DNA of 64,000 nt from an uncultured bacterium (GTDB taxonomy: Bacteria; Muiribacteriota; Ozemobacteria; Ozemobacterales; Ozemobacteraceae). The stretch's first letter is position 1. Each line of letters starts with the position of its first letter. Below, in pieces: positions 30,895 to 41,120 of the stretch. The stretch spans positions 23,771-87,770 of the forward strand of contig CAYYIY010000002.1 of assembly GCA_964472075.1 (NCBI GenBank). Reading direction: 5' to 3'. A model generated the notes under the pieces. The model searched no databases and was not told where the DNA came from. It saw only the letters and a list, made by a program, of their open reading frames with translations. The position numbers and the translations under genes are program-made.

Positions 30895-31382
30895 AACGAC
30901 GCTTGCAGTCGAGACGCCGGAGCGCCGCCTTCACGCTGATCGAGATCGTCATCGCTCTCGCTTTCATGGCTCTGGCTCTGCTCGGCTTTCTCGTCGTGGC
31001 ATCGAGCGCCAATCGACAATCCATGGATGCCTACTACGAGTTTGCGGCGTTGCAGGCAGCGCTCGAGCCGATCGAGGTGTTTCGGGCCTGCGGATTCGAA
31101 CTGATGGAGTCGTATGTCTCACATCCGCTCGAGGAATACCCGCCTGGTCTGCATGAACTGAAGGACAAACCCGGGTCGGCGGTTCAACACCCGGTCGAAT
31201 GGGAGATGTTTCAACGCGAGATCACCGTCGAACCGCCGGTACAACTTCCCTCGGCCGGTAATCGCCGCGCCGTGCGCGTCAGAGTGCGCGTGCAACCGAT
31301 CGAATCCACTCGTGCGGCCGGTTGGCTGACCCGCCCGGGAGGCGTGGCCGTCGAGAGCCTGATTGTCGAGCTGCCACGATGA
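30891..31382 (+). CDS. Prepilin-type (type II secretion pseudopilin / type IV pilin-like) protein
   Basis: The N-terminus, RRRSAAFTLIEIVIALAFMALALLGFLVV, is a class III signal with the conserved E at +5. An ATGA overlap with the upstream gene is present. Confidence 0.7.
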   Translation: MKRRLQSRRRSAAFTLIEIVIALAFMALALLGFLVVASSANRQSMDAYYEFAALQAALEPIEVFRACGFELMESYVSHPLEEYPPGLHELKDKPGSAVQHPVEWEMFQREITVEPPVQLPSAGNRRAVRVRVRVQPIESTRAAGWLTRPGGVAVESLIVELPR

Positions 31383-32236
31383 AACAGACAACGGTGTCCG
31401 AGTTGAAAAAGTGTTTGACGTTGATAATGAGCGCGAGAACGCTCATCGTGATTGCTCGCCTGTCGAACGTGCGCAGCCGGAGACGAATCACCTCGCAATA
31501 TGGGGCCGGCGCCGGAGTGACCCTGGTCGAGCTGCTGGTGGCGATAATTTGCTTCATGCTGGTCATGCTTCCGGTGTTTCAGGCTTTTTTGTCTGGGACC
31601 CGCACATCACTGACCGGCATGATGCAGGTGGAGACCACCATGGAAGCTCGACGCGCCCTGCGTCAGATTCACGCCGATCTGAAAGCCGCCTGTCTGCCGT
31701 TCGACAATCGTGGTTTGCAGGTGACGCTCGATCAACTGCTCTCTTCGGCGCTGAGCGACTCAGGACAGATTGCCTATTCGTTTCATGCCTTTCCCCGACA
31801 TGTCGATCCGTCGCGCACCATTGTGACCGAAGCGAGTGGGTTGAAACCGCATGTCGCCAATCGCATCATCTATCGTCTCGAGGTTCGCAAGCCTGGAGAC
31901 CCGCGCAAACAGCTGATCAGGGAAGAACGACCGCATGCGGGAACCGGCGAGACGGTGCGCACGACGGTTCTGTCCGAACGGGTCAACCATTTCGAGATTC
32001 GCACGGTGAACTTTCGCGGCAAAGTGCCGAGGTCGGCGTTCTTCGTCACGCTGCAACTCGTCGACTCGACCGAGACCGGTGCTCTCGATCGTTTACAGCC
32101 GGGCAGCGCCGATAAGCCGCGTGGTGTCGTGCTTGCCGATTACTGCGATATGATCGCTCCGACCTTCGTCTCTTCAATGCTGGCGCAGGAGGGAGTGAAT
32201 CGTACTTGGTACTCTGAACTGAGAGGAGCGCCGTGA
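31379..32236 (+). CDS. Prepilin-like protein with an unusually long leader
   Basis: GAGAG|VTLVELLVAIICFMLVMLPV is a prepilin cleavage/methylation-like motif, but it begins about 47 aa after the ATGA-coupled start. Alternative internal starts are possible. Confidence 0.5.
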   Translation: MKQTTVSELKKCLTLIMSARTLIVIARLSNVRSRRRITSQYGAGAGVTLVELLVAIICFMLVMLPVFQAFLSGTRTSLTGMMQVETTMEARRALRQIHADLKAACLPFDNRGLQVTLDQLLSSALSDSGQIAYSFHAFPRHVDPSRTIVTEASGLKPHVANRIIYRLEVRKPGDPRKQLIREERPHAGTGETVRTTVLSERVNHFEIRTVNFRGKVPRSAFFVTLQLVDSTETGALDRLQPGSADKPRGVVLADYCDMIAPTFVSSMLAQEGVNRTWYSELRGAP

Positions 32237-35151
32237 CCTCGGGGGTGTCCTTTTCGACTTATTCACGCCTTCTGAAGTGGCTGGGTCAGATTCTGATCTT
32301 CTTCGCGATTCCGCTCATGGTCATTACCGCCGGGTTCGAACGGCTCTGGGATAGACAGGAACGAGACTGCCAGGAACAGACATTCACGCGCCTCGACCGC
32401 AATCTGGCTCTGCTGCGCAAGCGCTCGAATACGATCATCTATCTCGGACAGCAGTTTGAAGCCTTGAAGGAATACATGCGCCAGTCACCGGCTCGCGAAC
32501 GTCGCGAACGGGTGACCCGAGCCGTACGTACGCTTCACGCTCGCTTTCCCGGCATGTTGCGTATCGCCGTGTTTGATGGAAAAGGAAATCGTCTGGCCGG
32601 TGAACTTGATCCGACGATTCCCGAATCGATGGTGCGTCGCCTCAGCGAAGTTCTGTGCGGAGACAAGGCGAGCAGACAGGCTGCGGCTGCTCGTCACCGC
32701 CCCATTCTTGCGGCCTTCATGGGGCCGGGAGTCGACCCGGAACATCTGGCGACCACGGGCAGAATTCGCCCCCAGGATGCCAATCCGGGCGGTGAATGGC
32801 GCTGGGTCTCATATACCAGCGCCAAGTTCGGTGCATTCTGCATCCAGATTCGCTTCGTGCCCGACTGGGACCTCATTCCCGTTCGAGATCAAACGCGACT
32901 GTTACGCACTCTGCGACCGAAGCGACTGGTCGACTTCGGCCTCGTCGACATTCGGCGTCAGTCGCATGCGCCGGCCGACGTCGCTGCAGCGCTTCGACAA
33001 TATGCCGTCTCGACACGATCGCATCATGTTCTGCCGGCATCGCTCGTCGCTCTGCAGCAGATCGATGCGGGCGTGTTCATCTGGGCCTCTTTTCCGAGGA
33101 GACTGCTGGGGAACTTTGACGGCCGCCGACAGCAGCTGATTTTCTGGGTCGCGATCGCCTTCAGTATTCTCTCCGTTGTTTCTGCGCGCATCATGTTCGG
33201 ATCGTCCGGGTTCGTGCTTTCGATTCGCCCGCGTCTGATTCTGCTTTTTGCTTTTGCGGGAGGCGTTCCGCTTGTGTTGATCGCTTTCGTTCAATGGGAT
33301 TCCCTTCTGGATCTGGAAAAGCGCCGCAGCCGTGAGATGATGGAGGTTATGGAACGCCATCTGCAGGCGATGGACAGTCGTTATGCTGATCTGCGTGCCG
33401 AGATGGAACAGAAGCTGGGAAAGCTGCTTCGGCAGGATCGATTCGCGGAGCTTGAGGCCGGCAACGGCTGGCGAGACGTGCTGGAAATCGTTCGCCAGTC
33501 TTTTTCGCCACGCGAAATGTACCTGTTCACTCCGGCAGGGAAACCGCTTTTGCGCTATCAAGAGACCGGTAATCCTCCGTACACGGACAAAAACATTCGT
33601 GAGGAAGGATCGGTTCGCCTGCTCGGCAGCTTGATTCGCACGTTGTGTGCGCAACTGCAACCGGTTGAGAATCAGGGAAGCGGTGAGATGGCCATGACGA
33701 TCGCCGAACAGTTTACCGGCGGTGGTCTCCCGGTCGGCGAAATGGTTTCCAACCTCGGAAAAGTCTTTGAAATCAGCCTTTTTCGCGACCAGCACTGGGT
33801 CTATCTGCAGCCGCTGCGCAACGCAAACGGTCGTATCGAGCGCATGGTGAACATCTCCTGGAAGCGAGACTTACTCGAAGGCGTGTATCTCCAGCGCGTG
33901 ATTCCGGAATTCGAAAGGATCATGCCCGGTGTTCGATTGATGGCCTGGAGTCCGATGACATCACCCGTACCGATTCCGGCTTCCTTCCCTATGTACGGTT
34001 CCTTGAGGGCCTTTCTGGCTCAGGTTGAAGCGCAGGGGGGAACGGTGTTCGGCGATCATCAGATACGCGGCCGTCGCTATCTGCTGACGGGGTTGAAACC
34101 GCGACGACTCTCTGATTACCTGCTTCTTGCGCTCTGTGAAGACGATTTCATCAGAAACGAGCGAGCGAAAACGATTCGGCAGATGGCCGGGTTCACCTTC
34201 GGATTGTTCGCCGTCACGCTGTTTCTCGGCTATCTGCTGTCGCAGCGTTTTCTGCGGCCGATCGGACACCTGACCACCGGCATTGAGGCCATTTCTGCGC
34301 GTGAATTCAAACATCGATTGCCGGTTGAAGATCTGGATGAACTCGGACGATTGTCGCAGACGTTCAATCACATGATGGAAGGATTGTCCGACCTGGCGGT
34401 TGGTCGAATTGTCCAGGAAAGCCTGTTTCCAACGGAAGAACTGGTCGTCGGATCATACCACGCCTTCGGACAGACACATGCTGCTACCGAACTCGGCGGA
34501 GACTATTACGACATCAAGCGTTTGCCTGACGATCGAATTCTGCTGATCATCGGCGATGTCACCGGACACGGCGTCGGACCGGCGATGGTCATGGCGATGG
34601 CGAAGATCATGGTCGAATACTGTCTGAGCGACTTTGATCTCGAGAGATTCACGGTTGCCTTCAACGATGCGTTGTTCAAACTCATGAAACGCAGGCGCTT
34701 CATGAGCTGCTTTCTGGCTATTGTCGACACGAAGCGACACCTGATACAGATGGTGAATGCCGGCCACAATTTCCCTTATCTGGTTCATGGTTCGGCGAAA
34801 CTGCTCGAAGACCTCGGCAATAGTTATCCGATCGGCAGTCGGTCGACGCTCAAGCCGAAAGTGGTCGAAATGCCGATCGAACCCGGAGACACGCTCGTAT
34901 TCTACACGGATGGTTTGATCGAAACCGAAGCTGACAGTCGGCAGATCGGTTATGAGGGCGTCGCGGCGGTGTTGCCGACCTGTATTGACGCAAATGTGCC
35001 GGCCTCTTGCGAACGTATCTGGACCTGGAACCGCAATCAGGCTCGCGGACAACGCCAGGAAGACGACATCACGGTTCTGCTGTTGCAGAGACAAGCAGTA
35101 CCTGTTCTCGAAGATCAGGCGAAGGACTGCCAGGGGCCTGGCGTGTGCTGA
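32233..35151 (+). CDS. Sensor protein with a TM-flanked extracytoplasmic domain, HAMP, and a PP2C/SpoIIE-type serine phosphatase (RsbU-like)
   Basis: PP2C motifs are ELGGDYYD, IGDVTGHGVGPAMVMA and FYTDGLIE. A HAMP-like segment precedes them. Two TM helices flank a periplasmic domain of roughly 300 aa. A GTGA overlap with the upstream gene is present. Confidence 0.8.
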   Translation: MTSGVSFSTYSRLLKWLGQILIFFAIPLMVITAGFERLWDRQERDCQEQTFTRLDRNLALLRKRSNTIIYLGQQFEALKEYMRQSPARERRERVTRAVRTLHARFPGMLRIAVFDGKGNRLAGELDPTIPESMVRRLSEVLCGDKASRQAAAARHRPILAAFMGPGVDPEHLATTGRIRPQDANPGGEWRWVSYTSAKFGAFCIQIRFVPDWDLIPVRDQTRLLRTLRPKRLVDFGLVDIRRQSHAPADVAAALRQYAVSTRSHHVLPASLVALQQIDAGVFIWASFPRRLLGNFDGRRQQLIFWVAIAFSILSVVSARIMFGSSGFVLSIRPRLILLFAFAGGVPLVLIAFVQWDSLLDLEKRRSREMMEVMERHLQAMDSRYADLRAEMEQKLGKLLRQDRFAELEAGNGWRDVLEIVRQSFSPREMYLFTPAGKPLLRYQETGNPPYTDKNIREEGSVRLLGSLIRTLCAQLQPVENQGSGEMAMTIAEQFTGGGLPVGEMVSNLGKVFEISLFRDQHWVYLQPLRNANGRIERMVNISWKRDLLEGVYLQRVIPEFERIMPGVRLMAWSPMTSPVPIPASFPMYGSLRAFLAQVEAQGGTVFGDHQIRGRRYLLTGLKPRRLSDYLLLALCEDDFIRNERAKTIRQMAGFTFGLFAVTLFLGYLLSQRFLRPIGHLTTGIEAISAREFKHRLPVEDLDELGRLSQTFNHMMEGLSDLAVGRIVQESLFPTEELVVGSYHAFGQTHAATELGGDYYDIKRLPDDRILLIIGDVTGHGVGPAMVMAMAKIMVEYCLSDFDLERFTVAFNDALFKLMKRRRFMSCFLAIVDTKRHLIQMVNAGHNFPYLVHGSAKLLEDLGNSYPIGSRSTLKPKVVEMPIEPGDTLVFYTDGLIETEADSRQIGYEGVAAVLPTCIDANVPASCERIWTWNRNQARGQRQEDDITVLLLQRQAVPVLEDQAKDCQGPGVC

Positions 35152-35236
35152 AATCGATGGAATTCTTTGGTTGTTGGTTCCCCTGGTCGTTGTTCAACAT
35201 TGCGGCCTGTGCGAAGTTTCGTACCCAGGATCATGC

Positions 35237-35716
35237 ATGGAACCTGTGAACATGGAAATCGTCGAAGCCTGGTATCAGGAACTGGAGAGCTTTTCCTGCA
35301 TTGCGGGTTGTACGGCGTGTTGCAAAGGCGTTTTGTCCGTTTCAGTGCCTGAGTTGTGGCGCATGCACGAGTTCTTCGGAGCAGTGCCGGAGATGCAGTC
35401 GGGTTGCCCCTTTCGGGGTGAGGCCGGGTGCCGCGTGTACCCGGTGAGACCCTTCATGTGTCGGTTGTTCGGGTACCAGTTTCTGCACCCTGACATGACC
35501 ATTCAGCCCTACTGCACCCGCCGGCATCAGATGCGCCCCGGCGATCGACCGGCGATTCTGATGCAACAGTATCAGCGATTCTGCGAAGAACAGGGCTTTG
35601 TCATCATCGGCCGGCTCTCCGGCAACGAATCGTCTGCCGTGCTGAGCGCTGAGAACGACTCCACCCTGGCCCGCTTTCCCGAACTCGAACGTTTCCGCTC
35701 GATTCTCGCCCGCTGA
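35237..35716 (+). CDS. YkgJ/UPF0153-type cysteine-cluster (putative Fe-S/zinc-binding) protein
   Basis: Motifs CIAGCTACC and FMCRLFG are present. The track ORF was trimmed to the ATG at 35237. Confidence 0.55.
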   Translation: MEPVNMEIVEAWYQELESFSCIAGCTACCKGVLSVSVPELWRMHEFFGAVPEMQSGCPFRGEAGCRVYPVRPFMCRLFGYQFLHPDMTIQPYCTRRHQMRPGDRPAILMQQYQRFCEEQGFVIIGRLSGNESSAVLSAENDSTLARFPELERFRSILAR

Positions 35717-35833
35717 CAACCGTTAGAACCGACTATGAAAGCGTGACTTGCGCGCATAAAGCCAAGGCACTCCAGATCGCTCGCACCGCCGTTTGTTACG
35801 CATTCTCTCTCTTTGCCGAAATCGAGCTGGGGG

Positions 35834-38800
35834 TCACGGGGTGGAAGATACGAATGCCCCATCTGCGGTGCAGAAGTCGAGCCCGGTTTTGTTGAGCAGT
35901 TTCTCAATGGCACTTGAGACGTCGATGAGTTCAGGGGTCTTACTCAAACCTTCCGCGAAGTGAAAGAGAAGCACTCGGGAGAAGGAGAACTGTCTCTTGC
36001 CGTCCGACCCTTGACTTGAGACAAGAACGAGAGACGGTGACAGCCACTCGTGATAGGTATGTGCAACGTTAGGAACCTGGACAAATCGACCGTCACAGGA
36101 TTGAAAGTTCGAGGCCGTTGTGCTGATGGGCAGCGGCTGGGCGTCTTTGAAGCCGCCACCGTTACTCTGAAGCGCGTAGAGTCGCCCATCGCGAGAACTG
36201 GTGTAAGAGATGGTTCGACCGTCGGGGCTCGCTGCGGCGTGCCCGGCCCCGTTGGGCGGCGTAAGTTCAGAGAAGGCCGATCCGTCGAGGTTGATCAGAC
36301 CGAGTCCGGCTCCGCCGTCGCGCCCCTGCTTGCGGTGAAATGCCATCCGCTTGCCGTCGGCGAGAACCGACGGATCTTCGACCAGCATGGCACCATGTCT
36401 TTCGTCAGCCACGACTCGGACATTCGCCAATGCAGGCGTACCGTCCCGGCCGGTTGTGAAATCTCCGATGCAGATGCGCGATTTTCCCTGGCTTCGGAGC
36501 GAAAAGCACAGGCGAGAGGCATCGACGAAGCACGGGAAACGCGCGTCTTCCATCAACAGCGTGTCCTTTCCGGTGGGGAGGTGGATGATGCGCACTTCCT
36601 GCCGGGTCTGACGGCGATCTTCCGGCATGGTCGTGCGGTTGTAGGCCACCCAGACACCGTCGCCGGAAAGCGCAGGAAACCACTCGGCACTGTCAGCCTG
36701 ATGCGTGAGACGCTTCAAACCCGACGCCGTCTTTTTCTGCAGATCGATCTCAACGGAGTAAAGATCTGCGCCGCGTGGATCTTCTCGATAGCATCCGCCT
36801 TTGCTGTCGATGTTTGCCGCAAAAACGACCCGGACGATTCCTGTGGCCGTGGTTGGGGCATCGGCAGGAAGTGTTGCGGATGGTGGCGCGGGGCGATTTT
36901 GACGGCGTGAGGAAGAATCAATCTTCGCGTTCTGTGGCAGGGCACGTGCCGGCTTGACGGTCCAGAGCTGTCCATTCGTGTAGCAGAGAGGCTGGGTCGC
37001 CCGGGGCTTGAAGACGGACTGAAGGAGATCAGCATACGGAGGAAAGACGGTCGAAGGCTTCACGGAAACGGAGCCCGCGTCTCCCTGCGACCGTTGAGCG
37101 TATCCGGTGGCGAGGGCAGAGAGAAACTCGGCACAGTTCAAGGTTCGCGTTCCGACCTGAATCTGCGCCGGCACGAATCGATCGGTCTGGGCCTGCCACG
37201 AAGCGATGATCTTCTCGGCTGCCTGTGAAAGCTCTGCGAGCGAGATAACCTCGGAGGTAGGCAGCAACGCTCTGGGGTCTTTCAGGACGGGACCATACAA
37301 CGTCTTGTTGTCGGGCAGCGCAGTCTTGCCTGCGTTGGCATACGCAAGACAGAGATACTCGAACGCATCGGCAAGGGAAAAGACCCGGTCGGAGGTGACG
37401 ACAAGATCAGGCGGGCGTCCCTGCCAGTCACGCACGAGCGCTGCGGCGATCTGCGACAGGTCTTCGGAGGTCGGGTGGTAGGTCTTTTCGCCTTCGAAGT
37501 GGCTCATGATCGTTTCACCGGAAACCCACGCACTGCCGGGATTCTCGGCGAAGAACGCGTTCAGCCCGTTGACAGTTTCGGCGGCTGCGTCCTTCTTGAA
37601 CTTGCTGAAGCCCATAAGCAGAAGTCGGGGCTGGGAGCGGTCGAGTCGCTCGAGGTCGTGCAGTGTTTTCGGCACCCAGCTCGACTCACCGACATCGTCC
37701 CCTTTGTTGGTGAGACGCCCCATGAACCAGAACACGCTGACGTCCTTGCCCGCGATGGCCATGATCTGATCGGCGACATGACCGACTTTGAAGATGCGGA
37801 GCGCGTGAAGCGCGGTTGGAACGGCGGGTTGATCAAGCGGAAACGTGCTCATCTTTCGAAATGCGAACCCGACCGGCGCGCTCTCAAGACCGTGACTCGG
37901 CATGAACGAAATGTCCCGGCCGAAGGTTTCCTGAACCAGCTTCAATCCTCCAACAAGCGGCAGATGATTCGGCGTTTCCGTGCGTCGATCGATCATGCGA
38001 GTCTTCTCGTCGATCACCCAAGGCAGAGCATGAGAATACCGTTCTTGAACGGCCTTGACCGCCGCATCCCAGTCCTTACCGGTGGTGAGTGACCAAGTGC
38101 CCTGGTAGCCCTGCGCTTCCTTCAGCGGATAGACTTCGGCGAAGAGGTCTGACGGCACGGGATACGGACCGTGCGTCTCTTCGCCGTGATAGCCGATAGC
38201 CAGCTTGTACTCGTTGACGAGATTCAGAACCGACGGATCTTCCTTCTTCAGGCGCTCGATGTGGATTCCATCGAAGAACATGGTTCCCGGTAACTGGTAC
38301 TTGTGAAAGAACTCGGCTAGAGCGCGTACCTCGGATGCCGGTGCGTAGTAGCCGCCCGGCCCGTTGTAATGATGAGCGAACGGAAGGACGAATACCGGAG
38401 CGGAGCCGTTGTTCGGTGTTCGCCTTGTCTGGTCCTGCTGTCGAGGGCGTTTTTCAGGCCGTTCCCCGCCTCGGGGACCGGGCCGGGGAGGTCGATCTCC
38501 TTGAATTTGTTGGCCCTGGCGCGGGGAAGGTTGGGCTGAAGGGCTGTCATTCGCGGGCGAGGCGGCAGTCGGATGGGATGCTGACTCTCGAAGCTGGCGA
38601 AGAGCCTGCATGAGAAGTTCCTGCGCTCGTTGGTGGTTTCCGCTTTGGGCTGCTTGTCGTGACTGCAGATTCAAGCGCTCTGCCGCGGAAGTGTCTACCC
38701 CTTGTTGTTGCTTCTCGGCCAGGAGTTGTTGAAACTCCCGAACCTGCCGCATCAATCCTCCACCTCCCGGTCGAGGTTGCGCGGAGAGTTGGCCGGCGAT

Positions 38801-38863
38801 GACGAAGAGAAAGCCGAGCAGTATAGCGACGAAACGACGGATGCGCACAGGAAACACCTCCAC
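35834..38863 (-). CDS. Large secreted protein with a C-terminal TolB-like beta-propeller
   Basis: A signal peptide is followed by a Q/P/R-rich low-complexity region and a central domain of unknown function. C-terminal repeats (SGDGVWVAYNRT, ADGKRMAFHRKQ, PDGRTISYTSSRDG) match the TolB/WD40-like PD40 pattern. Confidence 0.6.
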   Translation of the reverse strand: MEVFPVRIRRFVAILLGFLFVIAGQLSAQPRPGGGGLMRQVREFQQLLAEKQQQGVDTSAAERLNLQSRQAAQSGNHQRAQELLMQALRQLRESASHPTAASPANDSPSAQPSPRQGQQIQGDRPPRPGPRGGERPEKRPRQQDQTRRTPNNGSAPVFVLPFAHHYNGPGGYYAPASEVRALAEFFHKYQLPGTMFFDGIHIERLKKEDPSVLNLVNEYKLAIGYHGEETHGPYPVPSDLFAEVYPLKEAQGYQGTWSLTTGKDWDAAVKAVQERYSHALPWVIDEKTRMIDRRTETPNHLPLVGGLKLVQETFGRDISFMPSHGLESAPVGFAFRKMSTFPLDQPAVPTALHALRIFKVGHVADQIMAIAGKDVSVFWFMGRLTNKGDDVGESSWVPKTLHDLERLDRSQPRLLLMGFSKFKKDAAAETVNGLNAFFAENPGSAWVSGETIMSHFEGEKTYHPTSEDLSQIAAALVRDWQGRPPDLVVTSDRVFSLADAFEYLCLAYANAGKTALPDNKTLYGPVLKDPRALLPTSEVISLAELSQAAEKIIASWQAQTDRFVPAQIQVGTRTLNCAEFLSALATGYAQRSQGDAGSVSVKPSTVFPPYADLLQSVFKPRATQPLCYTNGQLWTVKPARALPQNAKIDSSSRRQNRPAPPSATLPADAPTTATGIVRVVFAANIDSKGGCYREDPRGADLYSVEIDLQKKTASGLKRLTHQADSAEWFPALSGDGVWVAYNRTTMPEDRRQTRQEVRIIHLPTGKDTLLMEDARFPCFVDASRLCFSLRSQGKSRICIGDFTTGRDGTPALANVRVVADERHGAMLVEDPSVLADGKRMAFHRKQGRDGGAGLGLINLDGSAFSELTPPNGAGHAAASPDGRTISYTSSRDGRLYALQSNGGGFKDAQPLPISTTASNFQSCDGRFVQVPNVAHTYHEWLSPSLVLVSSQGSDGKRQFSFSRVLLFHFAEGLSKTPELIDVSSAIEKLLNKTGLDFCTADGAFVSSTP

Positions 38864-38893
38864 TCTCAGGTTCGTAGTTATGAACGATGTGGC

Positions 38894-39700
38894 TTAATCG
38901 CGTGTCTTTGATAGCCTGGAACTCGGCGCCCCGAGCCAGATTGCCCCGCCGATAATGACGAGCAGAATGCCTGGGGGAACGCCGAGAACGGCTTCCTTAC
39001 AATGATTTCCCTGCGTGGTGACCAGGACAATCGAAGTCACGATGGTGACCAGCCCGGCGACCATGAGGGCGATGCCGATGCCGCGCCGGCCGATCGTTGT
39101 TTTGGCCCCGACGAGAATAACGAGTGAGCCGGCGAGGGTCATGCCGCCGAAAGTAACCGACAGAATGCCGATGCCGCTCCACTCACCGCTCATCAGCGTG
39201 AAGATCATGATCCAGATCGACCACTCACAGGCGCGCTCGACGGTCGGCAGCCACCGGGCGCAGAACCCTTCCTCGATTGCCGGTTCTGAGGGCTCTGCCT
39301 CAAGCTGCAGGTTGCGCCGATGTATCTGCAAGCCCTTCCAGCCCAGGAAAAGCAAACCGAAGCCAGGGATCAGGCCGATCCCGAACGTGATCAGGAATGG
39401 CTCGAGCTGTAAGTGACGCGGATGGAAAAACAGCGGAGACGAGAGACCCATCACCAGCGGAGTTCCCACCCCGAGAATCATCAGGCCGCGGAAAAAGTCG
39501 ACAATTTGTCCGAGCACGATGAATCTGGTAATCGCCAACAGAGCCATTTCGGCGCCTTTGACGATCTGAAAATCATCTCGCGCCCAGACGGAGTACACGG
39601 CAGCCGTCCCCAGCCCGAGAAACAGCAGCAGATAGCTGAAGAACGGTTTCTGGACAAAACGCCGCCAGGCCTCTTGCCAGTCTGAGAGAGCAAAGGTCAC
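38894..39700 (-). CDS. Polytopic membrane protein, hypothetical
   Basis: It has 7 to 8 predicted TM helices and GC3-biased codons. Confidence 0.5.
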   Translation of the reverse strand: MTFALSDWQEAWRRFVQKPFFSYLLLFLGLGTAAVYSVWARDDFQIVKGAEMALLAITRFIVLGQIVDFFRGLMILGVGTPLVMGLSSPLFFHPRHLQLEPFLITFGIGLIPGFGLLFLGWKGLQIHRRNLQLEAEPSEPAIEEGFCARWLPTVERACEWSIWIMIFTLMSGEWSGIGILSVTFGGMTLAGSLVILVGAKTTIGRRGIGIALMVAGLVTIVTSIVLVTTQGNHCKEAVLGVPPGILLVIIGGAIWLGAPSSRLSKTRD

Positions 39701-39710
39701 CTGAAAAGTC

Positions 39711-40736
39711 CTATTTTCCGGCGGCCCATTTGATTATAGGTTCAGCACGCCAGGGTAGTGACATCTGATTATGGCTGCGCAGGTTCTTGTGAAAGGCGGA
39801 CACTTCCGACAGTTTCTTCCAGTCGATGCGACCGCCGCGCAGGCCGTCGAAAGCGAGCAGCGTCAGTTCGTTCCAGGACTTGATCCACTGGCAGGCGAGA
39901 GCAGGGTTCCATTCCTGAAACTCGTCGACATCCTTTCGTACCAGCTGTTTGGCAAAGTGATGATACGCCGGGCGAATGGAGCGGGTCAGGTTCTGAATAC
40001 CAGATGAAACGCAGTTGGCCCCAAGAAAATGATATTTTTGCACTTCGGGCATGTCTGTCTTTTCGGGGTATTCGGCGCGCAGAGCGCGAATGGCCGTGAG
40101 AGCCGCCAGACGCGCCGCTTCTTCCGCTTCGGCGAGAAAGAACCCTACGATGTCGACGCGCTCGGGGTTCAGACGATTTCGCACTTTCGCTTCGAGCGGC
40201 TTTTTCCCTTGAAACGCCTCGAGAGAACTCGCGCGCATCTGTAACAGCTGAAAGCCGATCGTACCATCGATGCTGAACGCTTTCTCAGGACCAGTGCCCA
40301 TAATCAACTCGCGAATCTGCGTGGAACGGTTGCCGCGCTGATACAGGGTGATGCCTCTCTCGCCGAAATCAAACAGGGCGCCGAAATGAAACACCTTGGG
40401 CGCGATCGGCTGATTGATGACTTCAGCCGCAACGATCAATAGCGGGTCGATATCTGCCGACCACAGTTCATTCTTGTGAAAGATGTTGTCGATGCGGATT
40501 CTTCCGTCGGAAAGCAGGGACGCATGAGTTACGGCCCGGTCTCCCTTGGCGAAGATCAAACGATAGGCATACGGGTGCTTGAGAATGAACGGCGGGATCT
40601 CGACGCCGCAGACCGTCAGGGCCGGAAGATCGGAGGTCGGCGAGGGGCTGACCGAGCGCGCCAGAAGAAGCTGAGAGGGTGACGTCAGCGCGAGAGATAA
40701 CACGAGGATCAGGGTGGTGAGCGAAAGCCTTGGCAT
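39711..40736 (-). CDS. Hypothetical secreted protein
   Basis: A signal peptide is present (MPRLSLTTLILVLSLALTSPS). No recognisable motif was found. Confidence 0.5.
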   Translation of the reverse strand: MPRLSLTTLILVLSLALTSPSQLLLARSVSPSPTSDLPALTVCGVEIPPFILKHPYAYRLIFAKGDRAVTHASLLSDGRIRIDNIFHKNELWSADIDPLLIVAAEVINQPIAPKVFHFGALFDFGERGITLYQRGNRSTQIRELIMGTGPEKAFSIDGTIGFQLLQMRASSLEAFQGKKPLEAKVRNRLNPERVDIVGFFLAEAEEAARLAALTAIRALRAEYPEKTDMPEVQKYHFLGANCVSSGIQNLTRSIRPAYHHFAKQLVRKDVDEFQEWNPALACQWIKSWNELTLLAFDGLRGGRIDWKKLSEVSAFHKNLRSHNQMSLPWRAEPIIKWAAGK

Positions 40737-40738
40737 GA

Positions 40739-41104
40739 TTATCTACCTCCTTGGTTGCAGTCGCTGGATTGATGCAGTTGCGCGGGCGGCGTGCGATGGC
40801 GGCCGGTGTAAAAATCGAGTGAGCAGAAAGGGCAGGAATCGGCGGAAAGTTTGGTCATGGGTTTTCCGCAACTCGGACAGGTGATTCGTTTGTGGACCTG
40901 CAACAGAAGCCAGATCATCACCAGAAACAGAGGCAGAACGGGCCATGGGTCGCCGCCGCTGAAGCCGGTGAGATGTTCCGCGCCGATGAGCAGGAAAGGC
41001 AGACCGACAAGAATGACGAGGTTGCTGAACAACCAGAGTCGTCGTCGCCTGGCGGCTTCCTCTGCCAGATACTGATGTTTGCCGTCATCGTGTGTCTCAT
41101 CCAT
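40739..41104 (-). CDS. Small membrane protein with a C-terminal zinc-ribbon-like CxxC...CxxC
   Basis: Two TM helices are followed by CPSCGKPMTKLSADSCPFC. Confidence 0.45.
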   Translation of the reverse strand: MDETHDDGKHQYLAEEAARRRRLWLFSNLVILVGLPFLLIGAEHLTGFSGGDPWPVLPLFLVMIWLLLQVHKRITCPSCGKPMTKLSADSCPFCSLDFYTGRHRTPPAQLHQSSDCNQGGR

Positions 41105-41120
41105 GTTCGGCTACGTCGGC

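Noticed and set aside
32902-35094. Minus-strand ORFs 32902..33795 and 34453..35094
   Set aside because: They are antisense to the PP2C sensor phosphatase gene, which has clear plus-strand motifs.
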